This document shows positions 9,237-18,403 of a DNA stretch of 64,000 nt, piece by piece. The stretch is from an uncultured Haloferula sp. (GTDB lineage: Bacteria > Verrucomicrobiota > Verrucomicrobiia > Verrucomicrobiales > Akkermansiaceae), in the NCBI GenBank assembly GCA_965652295.1, contig CBFGTS010000016.1, forward strand, positions 1-64,000. The letters are read 5' to 3'. Positions within the stretch are counted from its first letter, which is position 1. Every line of letters starts with the position of its first letter. The notes below the pieces were generated by a model that was not told the DNA's origin, did no database searches, and saw nothing but the letters and a program-made list of their open reading frames with translations. The position numbers were made by a program, and so were the translations under genes.

Positions 9237-10091
9237 ATGGAGCCCGCGGTCGAAATCCAACATCTTGTCAAAGTCTTCAAGCCCCAGCTCCGGGGGCGCG
9301 AGCTGGTGGCGGTGGACGATGTGTCGATCACCATCGCTCCGGGCGAGGTCTACGGCCTGATCGGACCGAACGGCTCCGGGAAATCGACGACGATGAAAGC
9401 CCTGCTGGGACTCGTCGCTCCGACATCGGGCACCTGCCGGATTTTCGGTGCGGACTCGCTGGCGGTGGACTCGCGCGAGGAGGTCGGCTTCCTCCCGGAA
9501 AACCCCTACTTTTACAAGCACCTGAGCGGTGCCGAGACGCTGGCATTTTATGGAAAACTCTGCGGCCTGCGGGGTGCGGCGCTGAAGGAACGGACGGATG
9601 AGCTGCTGGAGCTGGTCGATCTCACCAGCGCCCGCGACCGGCGGTTGGGCGGCTATTCGAAGGGCATGCTGCAGCGGATCGGGTTGGCGCAGGCGCTGAT
9701 TCAGGAGCCGCGGCTGTTGATTCTCGACGAGCCGACGGCCGGCGTGGACCCGATCGGATCGCGGCAGATCCGCGACCTGATCCTGGCTCTCCGGGAGCGC
9801 GGCATCACGGTGTTCCTGTGCTCCCACCTGCTGGAGCAGGTGCAGGAAGTGTGCGATCGGGTGGGCATCATTTTCCGGGGAAAAATGGTTCGCGAGGGGC
9901 CGCTCGACGAGTTGCTGGCGATCGAGGACCAGACCGAGCTGGTCCTGCGCGACGCATCCCCCGAGCTGCTTGAACGGATCGCCTCCCTGGTGGGAGAAAC
10001 GCCCGGTGCCGAGCTGGTCCGCAGCGGTCGCCCGAGAACCACCTTGGAGCGGCTTTTCCTCCGCGAAACCACCCGCAGCGAAGACCGATGA
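9237..10091 (+). CDS. ABC transporter ATP-binding protein (PilH/XapD-like)
   Basis: Walker A GPNGSGKS, GFLPENPYFY, signature YSKGMLQRIGLAQAL, LILDEPT, SHLL. Confidence 0.93.
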   Translation: MEPAVEIQHLVKVFKPQLRGRELVAVDDVSITIAPGEVYGLIGPNGSGKSTTMKALLGLVAPTSGTCRIFGADSLAVDSREEVGFLPENPYFYKHLSGAETLAFYGKLCGLRGAALKERTDELLELVDLTSARDRRLGGYSKGMLQRIGLAQALIQEPRLLILDEPTAGVDPIGSRQIRDLILALRERGITVFLCSHLLEQVQEVCDRVGIIFRGKMVREGPLDELLAIEDQTELVLRDASPELLERIASLVGETPGAELVRSGRPRTTLERLFLRETTRSEDR

Positions 10092-10996
10092 GCCGTCCGA
10101 AAGCCCACCGCCCGCTCAGCCCACGCCGCATCGGCGTGATCGCCACGCACACCTTCACCCAGCTGGTGCGGATGAAGGTGTTCTACTTTCTGGGGTTTTT
10201 CGCCGTGGTGGTGATCGGGGCGAATTTCCTGGAGCTGCCGACCCATGCCACGCCGGAAAACGCCGGAACCGAGCTGCTGTATGCGATCAAGAGCACCTCG
10301 CTGGGCTGCATGAGCATCTTCTCGCTGGTCCTCGGCATCGTGGCCACCGGGCTATTGCTGCCGAAGGACGTGGAGGACCGGACGCTCTACACCATCCTCG
10401 CCAAGCCGGTCCCGCGGCTTGATTACCTGCTGGGCAAGCTGCTGGGTGTCGCCTCGCTGATTTTCCTCTCCCTGCTGGCGATGGACCTGCTCATGAATCT
10501 GGTCCTGCTCCCGCGCACCAGTGCGGTGGTCGAGCAGCAGGTCCATTTCGCCCGCGAAAACGGAGCCAGCGGGGAAACGCTGGTGAGAGTCGCCGAGGAA
10601 GTCCGGGCGCTCGGTCCGTCGTGGTCGTTGCAGGGGGCGGTGTTCGTCGTGTTTCTCCGCTCGCTGGTCGTGGCCTCGATCGCCTTGCTGCTCTCGACTT
10701 TTTCCACGAGCACGCTGTTCACGGCGATCGTCGGTTTCCTGGTGCTCTTCGCCGGGTTCTTCCAAGCGGAGGCGCGTGAGGCCTGGTTCGGTGGAAAGGA
10801 AGGCCTGGCTGTGGTCGGTAGAGCTCTCATGACGATCCTCCTGCCCGACATGCAGTTCTACAACATCGTCGATGCCGTGATCGAAGGGAAGCCGTTGAAG
10901 GTGGCCCAGTTGCTGATGGCGACGGCCTCGACGGCGTTTTACGTGGTCACCTACGCGTTCGCTTCGTGGTTGATCTTCGCCCGCAAGGAATTCTGA
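10088..10996 (+). CDS. ABC-2 type permease (PilI/XapB-like)
   Basis: Several TM helices; DVEDRTLYTILAKPVPR...LGK motif; C-terminal FARKEF; ATGA overlap with the ATPase. Confidence 0.85.
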   Translation: MSRPKAHRPLSPRRIGVIATHTFTQLVRMKVFYFLGFFAVVVIGANFLELPTHATPENAGTELLYAIKSTSLGCMSIFSLVLGIVATGLLLPKDVEDRTLYTILAKPVPRLDYLLGKLLGVASLIFLSLLAMDLLMNLVLLPRTSAVVEQQVHFARENGASGETLVRVAEEVRALGPSWSLQGAVFVVFLRSLVVASIALLLSTFSTSTLFTAIVGFLVLFAGFFQAEAREAWFGGKEGLAVVGRALMTILLPDMQFYNIVDAVIEGKPLKVAQLLMATASTAFYVVTYAFASWLIFARKEF

Positions 10997-10999
10997 CCG

Positions 11000-11947
11000 A
11001 TGTCTCCGCAGCTCCGCCGCAACCTGGCCGCCGCGCTTTTTCTGATCGTGGCAGGGTTGGTGCGCGCACCCGTGGAGCAGCGGATGACCGAGGCGCTGCG
11101 TCGGGACGGGCTGCTGCGCCCGCCTTTGGAACTCGCGACGAGCAAGAAGCTCGGCCAGGGGTTCTGGGCGGTCTCCCTCGGCGGCCTGCGGACGCTCGTG
11201 GCCAGTATCCTGAGCCTGCGCGCGCAGACCTTTTACGAGGAGAACTACTGGGAAGGTGTGGCCGATACCTATGACACGATCGTCCAGCTCGCACCGGATT
11301 CGCCCTTCTACTGGGATACGGGCTACTGGCACCTCGGGAAAAACGCCGTCTCCTACTACCGCAACAACTACGAGGACCTGCCGCCGGCCCGCGCCCGCGC
11401 CCGCCAGCGGGAGTGGCTCCGGCGGGCCACGCGTTTTCTCGAGGAAGGTATCCGGCTGAACCCCGACAGTGACCGCCTGTGGCGCGAGCTGGGCTGGCGC
11501 TACCTCTCGCCGCTGAACGATACCGACTACAAAAAGGCCGCCCACGCCTTCCGTCGGGCGTCGGAGGGCGAGAACGCGCTGCCTTACATGCGGCGCTTCG
11601 TTGCCTACGCCATGGTTCAGGATCCGGACCTGATCGATGACGCGCTGCCCTACGTCGAGCAACTCCGCGATGAGCCCGGCGGCAACGTGCCCACCCTGAT
11701 GACCATCCATTTCGCCCTGAAAATGCGGGAGAATCCGGGCTTGGACGGGGTCGGGCTGGCGAAGGAAATGTTCGGTGGAGCCCGCGAAGCTTACCGGAAA
11801 CTGGGGGAGTATTACCTCGATCTGGACATGAATTATCCGATGAACGGCGTGAAAGAGACACTCCGAAGGCTTGAGGAATCCCTCGCCGTGCCCGAAGACA
11901 AGAGCGTCTTCACCGCCCGAGAGTTCCTCGAGAGCCAACAACGCTAG
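11000..11947 (+). CDS. Membrane-anchored helical/TPR-like protein (PilG/XapA-like)
   Basis: N-terminal TM, LGGLRTLVASIL, W..V...Y..IVQLAP..FYW, FLEEGIRLNP..LWRELGW; 3 bp after the permease. Confidence 0.65.
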   Translation: MSPQLRRNLAAALFLIVAGLVRAPVEQRMTEALRRDGLLRPPLELATSKKLGQGFWAVSLGGLRTLVASILSLRAQTFYEENYWEGVADTYDTIVQLAPDSPFYWDTGYWHLGKNAVSYYRNNYEDLPPARARARQREWLRRATRFLEEGIRLNPDSDRLWRELGWRYLSPLNDTDYKKAAHAFRRASEGENALPYMRRFVAYAMVQDPDLIDDALPYVEQLRDEPGGNVPTLMTIHFALKMRENPGLDGVGLAKEMFGGAREAYRKLGEYYLDLDMNYPMNGVKETLRRLEESLAVPEDKSVFTAREFLESQQR

Positions 11948-11966
11948 CCTTTCCACGACCACCGTC

Positions 11967-12782
11967 ATGCAACCGCCCAGCGGCCCTCCGCCCGTCATCG
12001 CTTCGCCCCCGGCCGGAGTCATGCCCCAGCCCGTCGACTCGGGAAACGACCAGCCATTGAAACGCATCGCGCTCTTCGGTGACATTCACGCCAATCTCGA
12101 AGCGCTGGAGACGGTGCTGGCCGATTCGAAGGCGCAGGGCTGCGACTCCTACATCTGTATGGGCGATGTCGTCGGCTACAACGCCGATCCCGCCGCCTGC
12201 CTCGAAGTCGTCCGCGGGATGGGCTGCCCGGTCATCAAGGGCAATCACGACGAAGACGCGTCCGGCGACCATTCGCTGGATTCCATGAATCCGGTCGCGG
12301 CGGCCGCGCTCGAGTGGACCCGCCAGCAGCTCAGTGAGGAGCAGCGCACCTGGCTGCGGCGTCTGCGGATGGTCCGCCAGATCGCGGACTTCACCGTGGT
12401 CCACAGCACCCTCGACCAGCCGGCGAACTGGAACTACGTGACCAACCGCTTCGACGCGATGTCGAACTTCTCCTACCAGTTCACCCAGGTCTGCTTCCAC
12501 GGCCACACCCACGTCCCGCGGGTTTACGTGAAAGGCGAGAAGGTTCAGGAAGTGCCGGCCGAGTCGGTCATCATCGAGCCCGGCCAGAAGTATTTCATCA
12601 ACGTCGGCTCCGTCGGCCAACCGCGCGATGGCGACTGGCGCGCCTGCTACGCGATCTACGATCTGCCCAGCAAGACGGTCGTGTTCCGCCGGCTCGATTA
12701 CGACATCAAGACCACCCAGTCGAAGATCCTCGCGGCCGGCTTGCCGGAAATGCTTGCCGAGCGCCTCGCGGATGGACGCTGA
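11967..12782 (+). CDS. Calcineurin-like metallophosphoesterase (YfcE/MJ0936-like)
   Basis: GDIHAN, MGDVVGY, GNHD, GHTH, NVGSVGQPRDGD motifs; start could also be 12021. Confidence 0.92.
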   Translation: MQPPSGPPPVIASPPAGVMPQPVDSGNDQPLKRIALFGDIHANLEALETVLADSKAQGCDSYICMGDVVGYNADPAACLEVVRGMGCPVIKGNHDEDASGDHSLDSMNPVAAAALEWTRQQLSEEQRTWLRRLRMVRQIADFTVVHSTLDQPANWNYVTNRFDAMSNFSYQFTQVCFHGHTHVPRVYVKGEKVQEVPAESVIIEPGQKYFINVGSVGQPRDGDWRACYAIYDLPSKTVVFRRLDYDIKTTQSKILAAGLPEMLAERLADGR

Positions 12783-12786
12783 AGCC

Positions 12787-13188
12787 ATGCCGATCGACGT
12801 CGTCGCCGGTCTGATCGAGGACGGGCACGGCCGGCTTCTGGCCTGCCGCCGCCCGCCCGGCAAACACCTCGCGGGCAAGTGGGAGTTCCCCGGCGGCAAG
12901 ATCGAGCCGGGGGAAACCCCCGCCGCCGCCCTGGTGCGCGAACTCCGGGAGGAACTCGGCATCACCATCGATCCGCTGCACGCCCTCACCCCGGTGACGC
13001 ACGACTACGGCCGCGCTGCGATCCGTCTGATCCCGCTGGTCTGCCGGATCGTCGAAGGCCTCCCTCATCCGCACGAGCACGACCGCATCGAGTGGTGCGA
13101 CGCGGCCGCCTTGGCCGCACTCGATCTGGCGGAGGCCGATCTGCCCATCCTCGCCGAGTGGCTGGAGGCCCGCGGCGGCTCCGCCTGA
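12787..13188 (+). CDS. NUDIX hydrolase, MutT/NudG-like
   Basis: WEFPGGKIEPGETPAAALVRELREELGI Nudix box; ADLPIL C-terminal motif. Confidence 0.92.
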   Translation: MPIDVVAGLIEDGHGRLLACRRPPGKHLAGKWEFPGGKIEPGETPAAALVRELREELGITIDPLHALTPVTHDYGRAAIRLIPLVCRIVEGLPHPHEHDRIEWCDAAALAALDLAEADLPILAEWLEARGGSA

Positions 13189-13464
13189 TTTCCGCCTCCG
13201 CGGCGCATCTGCCGCCTCTGGATTCCACGGAAAAGGCCTCTTGAAGGCCGTTTTTCACCGTCTTGAAAAAACGCCCGATCGACCCTGAGAGCGGCTGAAG
13301 CACGGGATTCTCATCATTTCCACGCCATGGCGTGGCTTCTGCTTCCCCTCCGCGCCTTCTAACGATAGGACATTTCCATTGCCGTCCCCCGGGACCATCG
13401 CCTAAAAGCACATGTCCCACAACATTAGAACCTCCTGAAATTCAGGATCTTCTTACTATTCTCC

Positions 13465-14121
13465 ATGCGATTTCTCATCCCTGCTCTTGCCGCCCTGTTC
13501 CTTGCCAGCTGCGGCAATGATCTCGCCCTCGTCTCGAAAGACCGCGCCCGCAGCGGCGCTTCGGCGTCCTTCTTCGGGAACTCTTTCAACTCCGCCAGCG
13601 CTTACCAGTACACGACCCAGAGCCCCTCGGCTTCCGTCGTGGCCGCCGGCTCCTCGAAGGCTCGCGACAAGCACGGCATGCCGCTCTACACGACCGAGCG
13701 TCTGCGCCATGTCCGCACCACGGCCTACACTTGCTCGGAGTCCGATCACATCCAGTATGGCTCCAAGAATGCCTGCGGCACCCAGCTCCGCTACACCAAT
13801 CAGGTGCGCAGCGCCGCGGCCGACTGGTCGGTTTATCCGGTAGGCACCAAGTTCCGAATCAAGGGCATGCCGCAGCTTTTCGTGGTGGATGACTACGGCT
13901 CCGCCCTTACCGGCACCGGCACGATCGATATCTACACCCCGAGCCGCACGCACATGAATGCCTGGGGCCGTCGCAACGTGGAGATCGCCATCGTCCAGTG
14001 GGGCTCCTTCGCCCGCAGCGCCGAGCTTCTTTCCAAGCGCACCCGCTATTCCCATTGCGCGCAGATGTATGCGGCCATCCGTCGCAAGACCGGTGGCAGC
14101 TACGCCACGGCATCCCGCTGA
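13465..14121 (+). CDS. 3D-domain lipoprotein (MltA-like lytic transglycosylase fold)
   Basis: Lipobox LASC; VRTTAYT, AAADWSVYPVGTK, VVDDYGSAL, IDIY..WGRR. Confidence 0.85.
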   Translation: MRFLIPALAALFLASCGNDLALVSKDRARSGASASFFGNSFNSASAYQYTTQSPSASVVAAGSSKARDKHGMPLYTTERLRHVRTTAYTCSESDHIQYGSKNACGTQLRYTNQVRSAAADWSVYPVGTKFRIKGMPQLFVVDDYGSALTGTGTIDIYTPSRTHMNAWGRRNVEIAIVQWGSFARSAELLSKRTRYSHCAQMYAAIRRKTGGSYATASR

Positions 14122-14178
14122 TTCCAGGCAAGGCGCGCCCGCTCCGGCACGGATCGTCCCAAGGAGGGCGACGATTCC

Positions 14179-15054
14179 TCAGCGTGCCGGGAAATGGACC
14201 ACGGTCGAGATCTCCGTCTCGTCAACCTCGGTGGGATCGTTCCCATAGGTCTCGAAGGGAGGCAGACCGCGCTTCATTTTGAACACCCCCGTCCGGGAGC
14301 GCATCATGCCGCTGGTCCAGGCATTGCCGAGGTGGCGGTAGGCACCGGTATGGCGGATCTCGTAGTTCCGGCAGGCCGGCAGCTCGCCGGCCATGAATCC
14401 GTCCGGCAACTCCGTCCCGCCCGCATCCGCCGGCACCGCCATGATGAACTCGCAGGTCCCGCGGACCACGTCCCACTGGCTGCAGATCATCAGTGGTTCG
14501 CCGAGTGGCGGAATCCCGCTGGAGCCGAGCCAATTCATCACCGCGGTCATTTCACCGCCGGCCACCGTGCCGATCTCGGCGATCGCGCAGCGCTTCCGGC
14601 GTCCGATGTACTTCGCGCCGGGGAAATCCCGGAGACCGGTGAAATCGAGCTTCCAGGGCACGTGGCCGAGCTCCACCAGGTCCTTCAGCATCAGCAGGCC
14701 GCGAGCGAAGTCGGCTCCCACATAGGCGGTCATGGATTTCACCATGAAGAACAGGAAGAACGGCAGCGAGCCGTCCATGGTCCAGGTCACCCGCGTTCCC
14801 GTTCCGGTTTCCTCGAAGCGGAAGCCGGTGCGGTTGCTGGCCGGGAAAGGCTTGATGAACACCAGGTCCATCCCCAGTGAATCGGGGGTTTCGTCCGTGA
14901 TGCGGACCTCGCCGGTGCCCGTGATTTTGCCCTCCCAGCGATAGAATTTGCCGTCGTCGGAAAACCTGAGCTGCGTCTCCGGCTCGGCGACCAGCCACGG
15001 TGACCATTGAGGCCAGTTCCGGAAATCCGCCACCAAGGGCAGGAACCATGGCAA
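14179..15054 (-). pseudogene. SRPBCC + GyrI-like fusion protein, apparently 5'-truncated
   Basis: VADFRNWPQWSPW, TRVTWTMDG, DFARGL..LK (SRPBCC); HTGAYRHLGNAW, PPFETY.NDP (GyrI). Only a TTG start is available, it overlaps the divergent ClC start, and the first SRPBCC strand seems to be missing. Confidence 0.6.
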
Positions 15055-16772
15055 CGGTGACCCAGATCCACCCTCGCGGGATCGCTTTGGGCGTGCTGGT
15101 GGGCGTCATCGTGGCCTTTGCCGGAATCGGGCTGCTGAACCTGATCCACCTGATCTCGAATCTGGCCTTCCACGGAGATTTTTCGTTCGAGCATCGCGAC
15201 CCCGGGTTCGCCACTTTCGGCTGGCCGGTGCTTTTCGTCCCAGCGGCCGGCGGTCTCTTGATCGGCTGGATCGCGCGGTTCGGAAGTCCAGAGATCCGCG
15301 GGCACGGCATCCCGGAGGCGATGCAGGGGGTGATGATGCGGCGGAGCAAGATCCCGCTCAAGGTCGCGGTGCTCAAGCCGCTTTCCACGGCACTGTCGAT
15401 CGGCACCGGGGGACCCTTTGGCGCTGAAGGGCCGATCATCGCCACCGGGGGAGGAATCGGCTCTTTGGCCGGGCAGTGGCTGCCGCACAGCGATGCGGAG
15501 CGGAAGATCCTGCTGGCGGCCGGAGCGGCAGCCGGGATGACCGCGGTGTTTGGCACGCCCTTGGCAGGGGTGCTGCTGGCGGTCGAGTTGTTGCTCTTCG
15601 AGTTTCGCGGCAGGAGCCTTCTCCCGGTGGCAATGGCAGCGGGTGCGGCGATGGCGGTACGGGGATTGCTGGACGAGCCGTTTCCGATGCTACCGATGCC
15701 CGCGCTCGATGCGCCGGGGCCCGTCGCTGCGATCGGAGCTGCGGTGATCGGTGCCGTCAGTGGCCTCGTCGCGGTCGGAATGACCCGGGCGTTGCACGGC
15801 ATCGAGTCGCTCTACGAGAAGTTGCCGTTCCACTGGATGTGGTGGCCAGCGATCGGCGGACTGTTGGTAGGCATCATCGGCTGGATTGCCCCCCGGACCC
15901 TAGGTACGGGTTATGGCAACCTGCGGGACTTGCTGGAGGGCAATCCTGCCGTCTCGGCGCTCGCCTGTCTGGCGTTGTTCAAGTTTCTGTCGTGGTCGCT
16001 TTATCTGGGCAGCGGAACGGCCGGCGGGACCCTGGCGCCGGTGATGACGGTCGGCGGAGCCGCTGGCGCGCTGGCCGTGAAAGGGCTGGTGACGATCCCG
16101 CTGTTCGCGGCATTTCCGCCGGGTCTCGCGGCATTGGTAGGGATGGCCGCGGTGTTCGCCGGTATGTCCCGGGCCTTCCTGGCTTCCGTGGCCTTCGCCT
16201 TCGAAGCGACCCATTCGACCTCGGCTTTCGGTCCGTTGCTGCTCGGTTGCGCCGTGGCGGTGCTTGTCTCGCGGCGGATGATGAAGGAATCGGTGATGAC
16301 CGAAAAGATGGCGCGGGACGGGATTCGCGTCCCTGTAGACTACGAGCCGGATGCGCTCGCGACCGTGGATGTGGCCTTCGCGATGACATCGCGGCCTGCC
16401 ACGCTGCCGCGGAGCATGACGGTGGGAGAGCTGGCCGAGCGGATTGCCGGCCCCGACGAACCGTGGTGCCGGGCCCGTTTGTTCCCCATCGTGGAGAACG
16501 GTCTCCTCCGCGGCGTGATCACGCGGACCGACGTGCTGGCCGCAGTCAGAGGAGATCCGGCGAGACCGGTTCTGGAAGCGGGAACCTGCGATTCCTTCCT
16601 CGCCTATCCCGACCAATCCCTGGCCGAAGCGGCCGACACCATGCTGCTGCACGGGGTCGGACGCTTGCCGGTGGTGGAACGGGGTTCCCGCCCCGTGCTG
16701 GTCGGGCTTGTCACTCGCCGGGAAATCCTGCAAGCGCGACAGCGCCGGTTGGCCGAGGAGCGCCGTCCCTGA
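15048..16772 (+). CDS. ClC chloride channel/antiporter with C-terminal CBS pair
   Basis: GHGIPE, GAEGP, GAAAGMTAVFGTP, GTAGGTLAP; CBS motifs FPIVENGLLRGVIT and LPVVE..LVGLVT. Confidence 0.92.
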   Translation: MATVTQIHPRGIALGVLVGVIVAFAGIGLLNLIHLISNLAFHGDFSFEHRDPGFATFGWPVLFVPAAGGLLIGWIARFGSPEIRGHGIPEAMQGVMMRRSKIPLKVAVLKPLSTALSIGTGGPFGAEGPIIATGGGIGSLAGQWLPHSDAERKILLAAGAAAGMTAVFGTPLAGVLLAVELLLFEFRGRSLLPVAMAAGAAMAVRGLLDEPFPMLPMPALDAPGPVAAIGAAVIGAVSGLVAVGMTRALHGIESLYEKLPFHWMWWPAIGGLLVGIIGWIAPRTLGTGYGNLRDLLEGNPAVSALACLALFKFLSWSLYLGSGTAGGTLAPVMTVGGAAGALAVKGLVTIPLFAAFPPGLAALVGMAAVFAGMSRAFLASVAFAFEATHSTSAFGPLLLGCAVAVLVSRRMMKESVMTEKMARDGIRVPVDYEPDALATVDVAFAMTSRPATLPRSMTVGELAERIAGPDEPWCRARLFPIVENGLLRGVITRTDVLAAVRGDPARPVLEAGTCDSFLAYPDQSLAEAADTMLLHGVGRLPVVERGSRPVLVGLVTRREILQARQRRLAEERRP

Positions 16773-16890
16773 ACCGGGGGGGGCGGATTACTCCGTGGCC
16801 AAGCGCGGGGAGCTTGCGATGCTGATGAACGGGTCAAGACTTTGGTCTTTCCCGGAACCGGACGCCATGAATCCCCAGCCCATCGACAGG

Positions 16891-17664
16891 CTACCCTCCC
16901 ACCTTCAGGCTCATTCCCATCTCGCGGAAGATACGGTCGCGGGCTGAAAGATAGCCGGTGGAATCAAGATCGCGCGGACGGGCTAGGTTCACCGTTTCGC
17001 TGAGCTGCACGGTCGCTGGCCGCCGGCTCATCACCAGCACCGTGTCGGCGAGTTGTACCGCTTCCTCAATGTCGTGGGTAACGAAGAGGATCGTCTTTTT
17101 CTCTTCCTGCCAGATTCGCACGAGGTCGGCCCGCATCTTCAGGCGGGTGATGAAATCCAGCGCGCCAAAGGGTTCATCCATGTAGATGATGTCGGGCGAC
17201 GAGGCGAGGGCACGAGCGATCTCGACCCGCTGCCGCATGCCGCCCGACAGCTCGCGCGGATAGGATTTCTCGAACCCGGTCAGACCGACCATCTCGATGT
17301 AGTGGCGCACGATCTCGCGCCGCTCCTTCTCGGTTCTGTCAGAAAGTCCGAAGCCGACATTGTGCTCCACGGTCAGCCACGGGAAAACGCCGTTCTCCTG
17401 AAACACGAAGATGCGCCGCAGATCTGGCCCCACGACCGGCGAACCCTCCACCAGGACGGTCCCTGAACTCGGCTGGAGAAACCCGCCGATGATATTGAGC
17501 AGGGTCGATTTTCCGCAGCCCGACGGGCCGACGATGCACACGAACTCGCCGCGTTTCACGGTGAGGTTGACCTGCTCGAGCACGTGGATCTGTTCACCCT
17601 TGCGCTTGCCGGGGAAGGTCATCCACAGGTTACGGATTTCGATGGCGTGGTTACTTGTTGGCAT
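16891..17664 (-). CDS. NitT/TauT-family ABC transporter ATP-binding protein
   Basis: GPSGCGKS, LSGGMRQRVEIARAL, MDEPFGALD, FVTHDIEEA; start ATG 17664. Confidence 0.93.
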   Translation of the reverse strand: MPTSNHAIEIRNLWMTFPGKRKGEQIHVLEQVNLTVKRGEFVCIVGPSGCGKSTLLNIIGGFLQPSSGTVLVEGSPVVGPDLRRIFVFQENGVFPWLTVEHNVGFGLSDRTEKERREIVRHYIEMVGLTGFEKSYPRELSGGMRQRVEIARALASSPDIIYMDEPFGALDFITRLKMRADLVRIWQEEKKTILFVTHDIEEAVQLADTVLVMSRRPATVQLSETVNLARPRDLDSTGYLSARDRIFREMGMSLKVGG

Positions 17665-18403
17665 ATCCCCAGCGAACTTCGTCAAATCTCTCCAAGCGGC
17701 GAACCGCGACATCCAGGGCCAGGCCGATGAGCCCGATCATCACCATGCCGGCTACCACCAGATCGTAGCGTTTGCCGGCGTTCCGCGCGTCGATGATCAG
17801 GTATCCGAGGCCGGAATTCACGGCAATCATCTCCGCGGCGACCACCACCAGCCAAGCGATGCCCAACGCGATGCGCAGACCCGTGAGAATCTGCGGCAAG
17901 CAGGCGGGGAAGATCACCTGGCGGAACAGCTCGGTGTTCTTTAGGCCGAAGTTCCGGGCGGCACGGACGTAAACCGGCTGCATGTTCTGTACCGCGGCCA
18001 TCGACGACACCGTGATGGGAAAGACGCTGGCGAGGAAGATCAGGAACACCGGAGCGCGGTCATCGACCCCGAACCAGAGGATCGCCACCGGAATCCAGGC
18101 GATCGGGGAAATCGGCCGGAAAACCTGGATCATCGGGTTCAAGGCGGTGGCCGCCAGCTTGAACCAGCCGAGCAGGAGCCCCAGCGGCACTCCGACTAGG
18201 ATCGCGAGACCGAAGCCCCAGGTGACGCGGAACAGGGAAGCGACGATGTATTTTACCAGCACGCCCTGTCGTACTAGCTCTTCAATCCCGAGCAGTACCT
18301 GCCATGGTGTCGGGAAAATGTCGCTGCCGGACATCTTCACCGCGGCATGCCAGCCGGTCAGGAAGAGAACGGCGACGGCGAGGGGAAGGGCGAGATTCTT
18401 CAT
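17651..18403 (-). CDS. NitT/TauT-family ABC transporter permease
   Basis: RPISPIAWIP, PACLPQILTGLRIALG, AAEMIAVNSGLGYLI. Confidence 0.93.
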   Translation of the reverse strand: MKNLALPLAVAVLFLTGWHAAVKMSGSDIFPTPWQVLLGIEELVRQGVLVKYIVASLFRVTWGFGLAILVGVPLGLLLGWFKLAATALNPMIQVFRPISPIAWIPVAILWFGVDDRAPVFLIFLASVFPITVSSMAAVQNMQPVYVRAARNFGLKNTELFRQVIFPACLPQILTGLRIALGIAWLVVVAAEMIAVNSGLGYLIIDARNAGKRYDLVVAGMVMIGLIGLALDVAVRRLERFDEVRWGYANK

